The position numbers and the translations under genes are program-made. Positions 28,637 through 46,375 of a DNA stretch of 64,000 nucleotides are shown one piece after another. This DNA is from the human T2T-CHM13v2.0 reference genome, Homo sapiens. The stretch lies in assembly GCF_009914755.1 (NCBI RefSeq), contig NC_060931.1. One strand, given 5' to 3'. Every line of letters begins with the position of its first letter. Position 1 is the stretch's first letter. The notes beneath the pieces are model-generated. The model did not search any database. It worked only from the letters and a program-made list of their open reading frames with translations, and had not been told where the DNA came from.

Positions 28637-28854
28637 CGATATCCACCATGTTTGGAGCCTGTTTTTGGTTACATTTCATCCTCATCTACTGGCCTGGAGA
28701 TATTGGTGTCAATCAGTTCTTCACTGGAGGAAGAGATTTTTTTAAAAAGTCAGATTTACACTCAGTAAGATTCACCCTTTTCAGGTGTCCACTTTGATGA
28801 ATTTTGACAACCACATATAGTCATGTGCCACCACCACTATTAAGATAGAGGACA

Positions 28855-29358
<504 letters not shown>

Positions 29359-29758
29359 CTATGTAGTCAGTCCCTTCCCCCACCCTCAGCCCATGGTAAC
29401 CACTTATCTGTTTTTTGCTGGCATCATTTTGTATTTTCTGGAGTGTTACATAGAGGGATCATACCATATGCAGTCTTCGAGTCTGGCTTCTTTCACTTAG
29501 CGCAGTGGATTTGCAGTTCAACAGTGTGGCCGCTGTCAGTGCCAAGTAGTATTCCATTGTATGGATGTACCACAGCATGGAGGGATTTTTAAGGCTGGTC
29601 AGGCAGTGCTTATGTCACAGGTCCAACATCCAGTCCCCTGGGCCATTTAAAGCCAAGCACAGCCCCACACCTAACCCTCGTCTGAACGATCTTGTACAGC
29701 CACTCTGCAGTTTCACATCCTGAATGTGAGCAGTCTTTTTTTAAAGAAGGAGGTTTTG

Positions 29759-30475
<717 letters not shown>

Positions 30476-30765
30476 TTAATGTTCGCAAAGCTGGTCAGTT
30501 TCCAATCTGGTGTCACCAGTGGAAAAAAGATGTAAGTGTTGTTGGCAAGAGAAGCTCACCCAGAGACACGCTCCATGAAGTCCCTGACCCCCGCTGGGGG
30601 TGCCTGTGATGGAGGGTAGGCTGTGGTGCCTGCGGGCGCGCACAGGTGAGATGGAAGGAATAAGGGGTTATTCCTTCTGGGTGCAGCTCTGCCTGGAGGC
30701 CAGAGCTGTCCTCCTCCCTTCGATCTCTGAATTAAAGACGCTCTTCTAGTATTTTCTTATGTTGA

Positions 30766-30800
30766 TATATATGTGTATATATATATATGTGTGTGTGTGT
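30766..30800. repeat. Compound (TA)n/(TG)n microsatellite
   Basis: Direct reading. Confidence 0.8.
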
Positions 30801-32523
30801 TTTCTTATTGTTCTAGTTCTTATATTGTCATTTAATTCCTTTGTCCTTTAGCTTGCAAGGGAATGTGTTTTCTTATTAGATTGTAAGCTCTGGGGAGGTA
30901 AGACCAGCACTTCCACCCTCCCAGATCCTTGGTTGGGCACGTTATTGATCAGTCCACATCTGTTGCTTGGCTGATTGATTAAATGCTGTGGTGCCCGTGT
31001 TCACTGAGGGATTCCAGACCCCTGTCTAGCCCAAGGATGCCTCACAGTGGGAATGCTGGCACAGCTGTCTTGGCAATCAGTAGACCATCCTGTCAGTTCT
31101 TCAAGCCCAGAGAGGGTCCGTGACTTGCTCAGAGTCACACAGCAATCCATTAGCGAGGCCAGCCCCTTCCCTGGGCTCTGCATTTCTCTTGTAGTGAAGA
31201 GCTCCTCACAGTTTATTTGCATACTGTAAATTTGCAAAGTCAGAAGGAAAAGGGCAGGGAGCCGGGCTTCCTTGAGGCAGGTGGCTCTTTTAAAGCTGGG
31301 GCATGTTGTCGCCAATCTGAGCTTGTTTCCATGGACGCAGCCAGCCGGGCAGCCTGTTCCCGTCAACCTGAGCCCTGATGGAGCCTCGGACCTGACAGGC
31401 TGCCTGGGGAACTCACTGGGAGGAGGGCGGGTTGGGGGAGACCCAGAAGCCATGCTGGAGTCTCTCTCTGGCCTACTTTTTGCCATAGTTTGAAGGGAAA
31501 GTTAGTGAATTGCCAGGATCAACCTGCAGTTTCCCCAAAACTTGCACAGGAGTGGCTTTCATCGCTGCATGGGGAGACCTCCTTTGCGGGTCTGCTTAGC
31601 GGTAGCTGGATTGTCTCTGAGGGATACCTGGCTTTCCTAACTGTTCCTGGAGAATCTTAAAGACGAAAATGGAAGAAAGGGCTCACATCTTTGTTTTGTG
31701 CTGCAAGCAAAGTCTTGGAAAAATGAATGATGCCAATGGAATCTATTTCTTGTAATTAATTTCCTCAAGCTACTGGATCTCCTTTTCTTGCTGAGATTGT
31801 GGTTTGGCAGCTGCAGTTTGATAGCCCCATTCTGAGACTGGATCCCTCTCTTCCCTCATCTGGTAGTTTTCACGTCGGGGCATTCCTGAACTCCGTCTGC
31901 CTCGTTTCAGGCTGGGATCACAGATCAGGAGCGAAGGCTTTATGATATTAACTAGTCAACAGATACATTCTTTGAAGAATTTCTGTGTTTTTAATTACCC
32001 CACGAAAGCCTTTGGACGCACGGGTTATGAGGGGCATTTTGCATTGCTAAATTCCAGCCTTGATTGCAAACCTGAAAAGAGCAGAAACTGCTCAGAACAA
32101 GTTGTTAAAACCACAGACACAAGGGAAAGGTTTCTCTCTCTCCCTCCCCCTCTCTCTGTCCCTGTTTTTAAGTCCTTTCAGCTGGAGGTGAAACTGCAAC
32201 GTTATCAAACATGCCAGTACACACTGTTTCCCAGGCCTGTTTTTGCATGAGTTGGGGTAGAAATGTACCCAGCTTCTGTTCCAGTAGGTGGAGAAAGATG
32301 CTTAAATCCTAGAAGCACTGTTCACCTACCTTTTTAGGGTACTGCAGGTTTAGCTCGAGGGTTGGAGGGCATCCAGAAAAGCATGACTAAGAGAGAAAAA
32401 GACTACTCCCAAAGCTAACAGGGTGGAGTATCATAGCCAGGACAGGAAAATTCCCAGCAGGGAAACGGCCTGTCTGTAATGCAGACACATTGGGTCATAG
32501 GTTTGCTTTCACAGAATAAGTGA

Positions 32524-32970
<447 letters not shown>

Positions 32971-33253
32971 GCCTCCCAGACTCTGGGTCAGAGGGCAGCT
33001 TGAGCTCCTCCACCGACTGCTCCAAGCCTTTGCCCCAGCTCTTGGTGCCTGGGGTGGTGGGAGCAGCATGGGCTTTGCTGCACACGGACCTGGGCCCAGA
33101 TCTTGGTTCCATCGGCTGCTGGGAGATCAGTTCCCTTCTCTGCACCTCCATTCAGCTTGGACGGGAATCTGTCCTTCCTAGAACAGCTGTGATTAATAAC
33201 TGAGACCACACCCATGTTCGTTGTGGCTTAGCGCCATGCACACAGGTACCTAG

Positions 33254-33661
<408 letters not shown>

Positions 33662-34044
33662 TAAAACCCCGAGCTGGCAGATGCTCTCCCGCGCTGCGGC
33701 GGCTGACGTCAGTGCTACTTTCAGCGTCTTTGGTGCAGTCTTGGTGTTCGCTCTCAAATGGGCTCTTTTCAGTATCACATATCATATGCAGGATGCAGAG
33801 GGGCCCGGCTTACATACCGAGAGTCAGAGGACTCATGCGGCCACAAGTAGGTTGGGAACAGTGTCCCCTAATAGGATGAGTTTTGGGCTTTAAAATTTAA
33901 AAAAAAAAAAATGGGGGCATTGATGAGTCTCGTTGGCACCTTTTGGCTTGTGGAGGCTCGTGATCTAATATTGGTCTCTGCTGTATACCCAGCACACTAC
34001 CTGCCACTTAGCCATTCCATAAATATCGTTAAATAAGTGAATTA

Positions 34045-34190
34045 GGCCGAGTGCCATGGCTGACACTTGTAATCCCAGCACTTACAGAGGCCGAGGTGGG
34101 AGGATCGCCTTGAGCCCAGGAGTTTGAGACCAGCCTGGGCAACATAGCGAGACCGCGTCTCTATTTAAAAATTAAAAAAAAAAAAAAAAA
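34045..34190 (+). mobile_element. Alu monomer (FLAM-like)
   Basis: Left arm plus A-tail. Confidence 0.85.
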
Positions 34191-36465
34191 AGACAACTTG
34201 AGCCGCACACAGGTTCTTGCCAAAGCCTCTATTAGTGCTGTGACTCGGGAAAGAAAACTTGTTTTTTTCTTCAGTTGACTGGGCTCAGCCATCCCAGGTG
34301 TGAGTGACTCAGGCCTTGAAAGCAGGTAATGGATCCATAGGGAGCCCTGTCCCCACCCAGGGAGACTGTCCCAGCCCCTCCCGATGGCTCCTTCCAGAAA
34401 GGGGCGCAGTGGGCTGGGTTGCAGGGGGTAGTTGTGTCCAAGAGTCCTGCAGGATGGAGTGGGAAGGGGCAGGAGGGGTGTCCTGCACTGCCAGCTGTTC
34501 ATCCACCCCAGTGCCATGGAAACAGAGCTCCTGCTTTTCCCCAGGAAGGCGTTGATACATTTATAGGCTAGCATTCAACATCAGCGTTGTGCTCTGGCAG
34601 TCTCAGCAGTAAGACATAAACCTACCAAGGTCTGGGGGAAGCACTGGGTGTTACCATCCTGGCTCACGCGGGAGACGCATGCTCCTCCGTGACTGTTTGT
34701 GGCCAGTGAGCCACCAGTTGACACCAGCAATCCAGCCTTCTGCCCCTCTCACTTCACAGATGAGGGAAGTGGGGATCTGCCTAAGGTCACACTTTGGTGC
34801 ATTTCTCAAATCAAACCCAGGAGCCGGAATTTTTCTACTGAGCTCCTGCTAAGACACCCTGGGTCGTTTCCTCCGGGCAGTCCATGTCATCTGCTGTGGC
34901 GTGTATGTTCATGGGTGATTCTGTTTCTGTTTTTAAACCCTGTGCCTCTTGGTTGGTGCTTTTCCTCCTGGAGGATGCTGCAGACCTGCAGCGGTCACCT
35001 CGGGCCACCCAGGGAGCAGGTGGGCACACCCAGGTTGCATCTGTCGCCACACTGGTGCAGGCCGTGTTGCACATCACTGCTGCCGGGTTGACCCCACTTG
35101 GTATGAAATGAGAGGGCCTCTTTTCTGAAGCAAGGTGTTGCAATTTAGCCTGGGGATGAAGCTGCTTCTTCCAATACCCAGAGTTAACACCAAATGCCAC
35201 GAGAGTGAGAAAATAAGACAGCATTGCACTTTCCCAGAAATTGTCACCCCAGGGTGCCACCCCACCTCCCAAGCCCACTCTGGGACTCCTTCCACACACA
35301 GTCACCCACTGGTTACCAAGCCTGCGGGGCAGGTGCTAGGTGCGTGCTGGGAGTCAGGGGTGGATGAGGTCTTTTGCAGACAGGGCAGAGCGACCTCAGG
35401 GCAGAGCCATGAGGGCCTGTGTGCAGCGGCTTCCACCCAGGCAGGCTCCGGCTCTGCACCTTCAGCTACAGGATACACTTGCTTTCGACACCTCCACTGT
35501 CATTTAGACACAAAGCACACCACCACCGAAACCACTCCACAGAATGTAGAGTTTCTTGCCAGGAAAATAAAATAAATTAAAAGTCACTAATACTTTTATT
35601 TAAATTGCGAGTACATTTCCTCGCTGTTGCATTTTGTAATTTATACCTGGGAGTTAATTTATTGTTATTTACAGTTGCACAAGGACTCATGGAAATGCCT
35701 TGTGTATCGAGTGTTCTCATTATGCTGGGCACGGTCCCAGGTGCCGGGGAGGCAGGTCATAGTCCTGGCCTCGTGGAGCTGATGTTCTGAACGAGAGTTG
35801 AGTACCCAGTGGGACATCCTGAGAGCCCAATGCAGGTCCTGGTCAGGGCTGTGGGGACTGTGGGGAAGACCTGGATGGCAAGAGGAGTAGGGACAAGATC
35901 TACAGGATTCTGCATGCAGGGCTGCAGGCCAAGAGGGAGGAGTTGGGGGTTCTAGTCCGCTAGGTTCAGGGAGCCAGACGTGTCTGCTGTCCCAAACCTC
36001 CTGTGCTCAGGAACGTGGTTCTGATGAGCCTGTATCACCTTCCCTTCCCTCCACCTATGGGTCTGAGTGGCAGGAAGAGTTCTAGCTGTGTCAGCCAAGG
36101 CCGGGGACACCAGAGGCACAGGGCTTGGTTTAGGAGTCAAGACAAGGCATTTGCTTATTTAAAGAATGAGTTCTATGCACTTCCAATGAGTGGTTCTGTG
36201 GTCAGGAGGGCGGCACCTGGAGAGAGGTCAAGGTAGAATTGTGGATTTGGAAGGGTGGAGGATGGAAGGCCCCAGAGGAAACCAGCAGTCAGGGACTGAG
36301 GAGGTGATGGCATTCTCTAGTGTGATGTGTGGACAGACAGAGTAGAAGAACCAAAACCAGTCTTGGAGCGACAGGTGGGTCAGACGGCAGCTTTCTCTGG
36401 ACCCGGGTCAGGAAGAGAAGGGTTTCCAGCAGGAGGGAAGATTGCGCTTAGGAAGAGAAGGGTTT

Positions 36466-36774
<309 letters not shown>

Positions 36775-37315
36775 GAGAGAAGGGTTTCCAGCAGGAGGGT
36801 CAGTGGCGGTGAAGCTTGCAGCTGGCAAATGTTGGGTTGGATTTGGGGTGGGGAGTGAGGCCAGGAGCTGGTGGAGGGGGGCAGAGGAAGGAAAGATCAC
36901 TCACTGCTAAGCCTTTCAGATGAGTTCCCCGTGGTCATCAGAGGTAGGCCTTGCTGTCTTAATTTTACAAAAGATGAAAGCCACAGGAGGCATAGACTTG
37001 CTCAGAGAATTCATACTCAGTTCAGCAGACTCCAGTATTGATGCTCAACCCATGCTGCTGCTGGGGAGGGCTCAGGGGACAATGTTAAGTGAGACCAAGG
37101 AGGTGGCACCCCTGAACCAGTCTCTCCGTGAGCTCGGCGGTGAGAAAACAGTGCACAGGGAGAGGAGCCACAGAAGGCCCGGGATGTGTCACCCAGGGTT
37201 TCAGCTGGGAGGGGACAAAGCCGATTTGGGTGGGAGAGTGGAAGTAGGTCCCAAGAACTTTTATTTTAAATGTTTTGATGACAGATTTAAAACTTGAGTA
37301 ACTTCATTGTAAAAT

Positions 37316-37635
<320 letters not shown>

Positions 37636-39323
37636 CTAGGCCCGAGCCCGAGCTTAAATATTTACCCCATATCCAACCATAAGTTAATCCCGCACACACC
37701 TTCATCAGTTTCTTAAAGAAACTGGTGCCCCAGCACGGGGCATGCCAACGTATTAGACAGGCAACAACTTAGACATGGGGATGAAATGAATTCCATCTTA
37801 AATCTCAAAGTGCACAATACAGTCTCTAAAATTAAAGAAAAGAAAGATTTATTTCCAAAAAAGCCCACAGTGAAATAATTGTCTCAGTCTGTGGAGAGAG
37901 CTAATTTGGACAGAATCACATATTTTGATTCCTGGGATTTTTTTAAAAGGAATCTTTTAAAGCAGTAAATGAAATATTTTTGGATGTAGACAAAAATGAC
38001 TTACTTAGCCATTCCACTGGCAATGTGGAAAGGATGAAGACCAATTTTGAGTTAGCAAGGACACCTTCAGAAAGTTCAGCTCCCAGGAATTGTTGACCCT
38101 AGCCATCCATGTCTGTATTTCCTGAGGACTATTGCTTACGGAATTAATTGGGACTAATTTCTGTTGCACCTGATCTCCAGCCAAAACACTCACATTTTGC
38201 CTCATCTGCAGAGACCTGGGCTGAGTTTTATCTCTGCGTCACTGCCGAGTTCCCTGCCCCCGCTCTGTTAACAGAGCTATAATTAACTCACAGGACGCCA
38301 GGCAGCCAGATTCGGCCAGGCGCCAAGAAATCAGCCCCAATTACTATATTCACATTGTCAGTAATGCCCACTTCACAGCTTCTGCTAATTTGAAATGGCA
38401 AGTTCCAACTTTCCATAGTAAAATTACCATTTTTGTCCTATTCTATTACGTGGTGATATTTGTCCATTATTTGGGCTCCGTAAACTTGGTATTATCACGA
38501 CAATTAGTTGTTGAGGGTTTTCTAAAATGATTTGCAATTACATCTCTTAAGCGGAAAACTGTCTGCTCTGATGGAGTGAGAATCCATTCCCTCTGTGCCC
38601 TAGATCCACTTTAGGAATTGGCTTTTCATAGGGGAACGTGGTGCCTCGGGATTTTATAATAAAGTCGAGCCTTTAAAATAAGGGCTAGCCTTGGAACGTT
38701 GCCTGCTTTGTAGATTTCCAGTGTTCAAGTTGTCTGATTTCTTTATAAAGATGGAGAAGTGTCTCTGTCCCTCTGGGTCTCCGAGTTCCCTTGAGTCTGG
38801 GCCTCTGTATCTGTATCCCCTCAAGCCCTACTTTGTTGTAAGAGCCAAATTAGCCAGGGGCTACTGGTTGGTGGCTCTGCTGGGGGGGCATCACAGAGTC
38901 TCTCTTCTCTGACATTTGCTGACCTTCAACCCGCCCTGGTACAGGAGCACCCCATTGAGGTCCTCCGTTTTCCAGAGTCCTGTCCCTGAGGAATCACCTG
39001 CCTGAGTCCCTGAGCTTGGGACTGGCTGGCCTGATTGGGTTGTACATTTTGTTCTCTTTTCAGCAGAGAAATCTCAGGAGGCACCATGCCAGGCCACTGT
39101 GCCCCTGCAAGTGTGTCTGAGTATGGCCCAGGACCCTGCCCATCACTGGTCTGCAACAAGATAAGCACAGAAGTTCAGAGTAGGTGTCTAGAAATGTTCA
39201 TAGCAATTTAACGTGACGGTGACATCCAAGTGGCATTTTAATTTTATTTTATAAAGATCTGAGTCCACAATGGGCTGGAAATGTAAAAATCTGTTGTGTG
39301 TTCTTCTCCCACAGATTGTTTGA

Positions 39324-39638
<315 letters not shown>

Positions 39639-39689
39639 AAACATTGGTCATTATTTAATCTCCTCATCTCTGATTGGATTTCACTGTGA

Positions 39690-40039
<350 letters not shown>

Positions 40040-40230
40040 GAGTGCTTGCTTTTTCTGCTAGACAGTGGTCCTCAGGCCCAATCCCTGAGAGAGGGGCTTC
40101 TGAGAGGTGAAGGAGGCAGGAGTTCTTGCCCCTGACTCTCAGGAGCTGGTGTCTCCTGGGCATCACTCACGGATGGGCTGATTATTGCTCATTACCCCAC
40201 AGGATCCGACAGTTCCAGTACAAGCTGCTT

Positions 40231-40519
40231 CTTTGAGACAGAGTCTCACCCTGTCGATCAGGCTGGAGTGCAATGCTGGCGCGATCTCAGCTCACTGTAA
40301 CCTCCGCCTCCTGGGTTTAAGCGTTCTCGTGCCTCAGCCTCCCGAGTAGCTGGGATTACAGGCACCCGCCACCACACCCGGCTAATTTTTGTATTTTTAG
40401 TAGAGACGAGGTTTCACCTTGTTGGTCAGGCTGGTCCTGAACTCCTGATCTCAGGTGATCCGCCTGCCTCAGCCTCCCAAAGTGTTGGGATTACAGGCGT
40501 GAGCCACTGCGCTCGGCCC
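40231..40519 (-). mobile_element. Alu (AluS-like)
   Basis: Reverse-complement Alu. Confidence 0.9.
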
Positions 40520-40569
40520 AGAAGACTTATATTTTATGATATAAGAAAATTATATGAAATTCCCAAAAA

Positions 40570-41100
40570 AACCCAGAAAATTATATGAAATTCAAATTTC
40601 ATTGCCCATAGTTTGTTGTTTTTTTAAAAAAAAAATTGTAGTAAAATACACATAACATAAAATTTACCATTTTAGTTATTTTGAAATCTACAGTTTAGTG
40701 GAATTAGGTACATTCAGTGTTGTGCAAGCCATCACTGCCATCCATCTCCAGAACTTTTTCATCATTCCATAACTCACCTCCATAAATAAAGTTTTATTGG
40801 CACTCAGCCATACTCATTTGTTTATCTATTGTCTGTGGCTGCTTTTCTGGGCTACAGCAGCAGAGTTGAGTAGTTGCAACAGAGACCATATGGCCTGCAA
40901 AACTTAAAATATATTTTTTTCTTCTTTCTTTTCTTTTTTTATAGAGATGAGGTCTCACTACGTTGGCCAGGCTGGTCTCAAAAATCCCAGACCTAAGCAG
41001 TCTTCCTGCCTTGCCTCCCAAAGTGCTGGGATTACAGGCGTGAGCCATGTAGAATATTTACTATCTGACCCTTTCCAGTAAAACTTGGCCAACCCCTGTC
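40570..41100 (-). mobile_element. MER58-family hAT/Charlie fossil interrupted by an L1M fragment and an Alu monomer (~40914-41048)
   Basis: cataaataaagttttattggcactcagccatactcatttgttta...gcagagttgagtagttgcaacagagaccatatggcctgcaaa...ttggccaacccctg. Confidence 0.7.
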
Positions 41101-41258
41101 CTGGTGCACACTCTCCTTACTTCTTAGTTACCATAGCAACTGCCTAACTGGTCTCACTTCCTTTGGTTTCATTCCCTTTCTGTATATCTGCCCCCTGGAG
41201 GAGTTTTTCCAAGATACAATTCTGATTGATTAACTTCGCTGGTTAAAATCTTTTAGCA

Positions 41259-42008
<750 letters not shown>

Positions 42009-42042
42009 TTTTTCTTATCACCCATTCTCATTAGCCTACAGC

Positions 42043-42232
42043 AGGGATTGGCAAACTGTTTACTGTAAAGAACCAGATGGTAAAATACTGTAGGTTTCGG
42101 CAGGGCCATATGGTCTGTTACAAAGACTCAACTCTGCTGTAAAGTAGCCATAGATAATACAAAAATGGTGGGCGTGGCTGTATGCCGATAAAACTTTATC
42201 TAAAAAGACAATCAGGCCCATTTGAACTCCTG
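42043..42232 (+). mobile_element. MER58A-like DNA transposon fossil
   Basis: cagggattggcaaact...ggccatatggtctg...actcaactctgc...ataaaactttat. Confidence 0.7.
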
Positions 42233-42241
42233 TCCTGTAGA

Positions 42242-42718
42242 GCAGTGGCTGTCAAGGTGTGGCCCAGGCCAGCAGCATCACAGGACCTGGGGACTTGTTA
42301 GAATTGCAGATTCTGACCAGGCGTAGTGGCTCACACCTATAATCCCAATACTTTGAGAGGCCAAGGTGGAAGGATTGTTTGAGGAGTTCAAGACCAGCCT
42401 GGGCAACATAGCGAGACCCCGTCTCTACAAAAAAAAATACAAAAATTAGCTAGGCGTGGTAGCATATGCCTGTATTCCCAGCTACTCAGTAGACTTGAGG
42501 ATTGCTTGAGACCTGGAAGGTTGGAGCTGCAGTGAGCCGTGATTGCGCCACTGCACTCCAGCCTGGGTGACAGAGCGAGACCCTGTTTCAGTAATAAATA
42601 AATTAAAAGTACAGATTCTCGGGTCTACTCCAGACCTGCTGAATCAGAAAATACGCGGGCAGGCCCAGCCGCCTGTGCCTTCACCAGCTCTCCTGGTTAA
42701 GGCCTGAGAACCCTGCTA
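42242..42718. mobile_element. MER5A-like fossil with a plus-strand Alu inserted at ~42315-42605
   Basis: gcagtgg...cagcagcatca...cttgttagaattgcagattct [Alu] cagattctcggg...ccagacctgctgaatcagaaa...tgagaaccctg. Confidence 0.72.
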
Positions 42719-43393
42719 CGGAACCCCGAGTACCTTTCAGAACATGTTGACCTCATTCGCAGGGATCAGTGGCCCTTTGTCATCTGGTCTCTGGCCAGTG
42801 TCCCTCCCTCATCTGGTGGACTTGGTACTGATGCCGAACCACCTGTGGGTTCCAAACGTGCCATTGTTTCTCCCACCCACGCATTTGCACAAATGTGGTC
42901 CTGTGTGGCTCACTCCCTTTTCTGCCGCCACCTTCTCCCCCACTGCGCCATGCTGGTCTCAGCTCGGGGCTTACCTGGTCCCAGAGGTGTGTTGGGAGGT
43001 CCCCACCCCTTGCCTCTGCCCGTTGCCTTTTCCACCCCTGCACTGGGTGTGCATAGGTGCGCAGGGCACGTGTGTGTCCTCTGCGGTCACTGACTTGATT
43101 GTCTGCCTTTCCCAGGAGGACATGGGCTCTGTCGGGACATTTTATCCGTCTGTTTACAACATGAAATAGACACCTCCGAAATGTGTGTGTGTTCCGTAAA
43201 TGAAGGAGCAGAGGGACCCCTTCGGAGCATCTCAGAGGCCAGGAAGCCTGGCTTCTGGCCGCCCTGCCCGCTCCTCACGTGTGAGGGGAACTGGGGAAGT
43301 CGAGTCAGCCCGCTGGGGTTCCTGATTCTCTGCGGTTCTGGGAAGAGCTTGCAGTGGAAGGCCTCCCAGCCATTTCCTCTTCTCCCCCAACTG

Positions 43394-43432
43394 TGACTCA
43401 CTGATTGATTAATGTTTGGAAATTGTGACTCA
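43394..43432. promoter_or_regulatory. Candidate enhancer core: two AP-1 sites flanking TGATTGATTAAT
   Basis: TGACTCA at 43394-43400 and 43426-43432, with CTGATTGATTAAT at 43401-43413. Confidence 0.4.
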
Positions 43433-44197
43433 TCTTGTTAGAGAAGGAAAAGGAAATTTTATTCTCTTCATTCTCCCTCCCTTTCAAATAAGTAATAAAT
43501 AAAAAGTGGCTGATCTTCCACTTGGTGCGGTAAGAAGCATTTAAATACATTCCCGGCCCTCATAATTGGTGGCTTCTTGGAGAAAGGTACTTATTAGAAG
43601 AAAAACACTTCCCTATGTGTTGTTGTTCGGCCTTCTCGTTGATGAAATTACACGGTGAGTTGGTGAGCGAATTTACCTTGCCCCTTTTTAAAGGTATTTG
43701 TGGCAGCTCTTGTTGTAGGAATCAGGGGAGAGGAGCCACTTCTCTTTTAGTAAGAAATGCGAAGAGTGGCCTCTCCATCTTCAGAGTTTCAAAATGAGTT
43801 CACTCTGGTGGTGAGTAATGATGTCTTAAGCTGGCTTATTAAAGGCGGAGGAATAAGATGTTCTTGCTTTACCTCACGTACCAAATATAGATAAGGCGCT
43901 GGATCAGCAGAGCCTCAGGCCCGTGCCAGGACACAGTCGGGCCTGGCGATGTCTGTTTTGTCTCACGACTGGAGGGTTGAAGGGGAAGCACAGCCTTTGC
44001 TTTTAAGGGTTTTCTTCTGGGAAATCCACAAAAAAAAAAAAAGCATTTGTTCACTTCTCACGTTGTGATGTTGAAATTATGGCTTGGAGTTTTACATTTG
44101 CCTTTTAATTCTCTTTATGGGCAGCATGTCTGTATGTCTTAGGCTCTTGGTTCTGGAAGACCAAGTAAATTCAGTATCTTTTCAAATTGTAACCCTC

Positions 44198-44570
44198 TGG
44201 TCTGGGTAACACAGCAAGACCCCCATCTCTACAAAAAAAATTTTTTTAAGTCAGCCAGGCATGGTGGTGCACACCTGTAGTCCCAGCTACTCAGGAGGCT
44301 GAGACGGGAGGATCACCTGAGACACGAGTTTATGTGTCTGAGACGCCTGAGACAGGAGTTTATGACCATCCTGGGCAACATAACAAGAGCCCATCTCTAT
44401 GACAAAATGTGAAAATTAGCCAGGTACAGTGGTGCACACGTGTAGCCCCAGCTACTTGGGAGGCTGAGGTTGGGGGATAGCCCAGGAGTTCAAGGCTGCA
44501 GTGAGCTATGATGGTGCCACTGCACTCCAGCCTGGGTGACAGAGTGAGACCCTGTCTCAACAAAATAAAA
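44198..44570 (+). mobile_element. Compound AluJ-like element (partial + two arms)
   Basis: Flanked by aaattgtaaccc at 44184 and 44568. Confidence 0.82.
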
Positions 44571-44736
44571 TTGTAACCCAAAGTAAGGGCTCAATAAATG
44601 TTAGCCACTGTGATTATTCTATTATTCCCGTCCTCGTTGTAAATATTTGTGTGGCTTGGTGCCTAGCGTCTTTTGTAGCTGTATGTATTGCCAAGGAGAA
44701 TCCCAAGGAAAAAAAGTAGAAATATGGTTAAAGCTG

Positions 44737-44855
44737 GCTGGGCACAGTGGCTCATGCCTATAATCCCAGCACTTTGGGAGGCCGAGGCAGGCAGATCACT
44801 TGAGTGCAGGAGTTTGAGACCAGCCAGAGCAACATAGCAAGACCCCTTCTCTACA
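44737..44855 (+). mobile_element. Alu left arm (part of a local duplication)
   Basis: Shares private variants and 5' flank with the Alu at ~46878. Confidence 0.85.
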
Positions 44856-45098
44856 GTGTGCTGGCATTTGCAGTGCAGCCACCATTGCCCATGGTAGCGA
44901 TGAGGAAGCTGTGGCTTAGACCAACTTCCAGAATCACTGCTCTGGTCACACAGCTGCTCGCAGGTGGCATCATGAACACACCTAGTCTGACTGTTGCTTA
45001 ACCACGACAAACTCCATCTCCTTCCACTTTGCCTGGCTGAGGATCGGATGCATTACATAGAAATATTTGAATTTGGAAGCTGTTGAAATACAGGTTCA

Positions 45099-45394
<296 letters not shown>

Positions 45395-46064
45395 TCAAGG
45401 AAGGGAGAGGATGATTTGTGTTCCGCTCTGCGCCTCCTCCCTGGTCCATTCCCTTCTCCCTGTTGGACCATTGCTGTGACACAGGTGATCTGAGCATCAA
45501 GAAAAAGGCATTTCTTGCTTCTCAGTGATATTAGCAAGCACCTGCTGCTTGTATTCACTGTGCTGAGTTCTACCCATTTATTCTCTCATTCAGTCTTTAC
45601 ATCTCCCTGATGAGGAGGCATAATAATATCATGCCCATTTTATAGACTTGAGGGAACTGAGCCCAAGCCATTCAGCCAGAGAGTAACCGAGCTGGAGTTC
45701 CACCAGGTCTGTCTGCTCTGATAGCAGGCATGCCTGACCTCCGCACCTACCCACTTCCCCACTTCTGCAGTCTCATGTGTCCCAGGGAACGCACAGCTGG
45801 GGCCCCTCTCCTAATTTGCACCCTTCCTGAGCCAGTTCAGAAGTCCCAGACTGTGTCTTTCTGGCTGGCTGTGTCACTGGGCCCAAGGATGGTGCTACGG
45901 GGCTAAAGATCTTCTACACTGACCCTCTCCACTAACGGGAAATCAGAAAAGGGAACTTGAAGAGAACATTGGCACCAATGGTTGGACCTAGGGATTTGTA
46001 GCCACCTTTCTAAGGGAGATAGAGGACAGGGCTAAGAGTCACAACTTTTGTTCTCTACCCTTGA

Positions 46065-46375
<311 letters not shown>

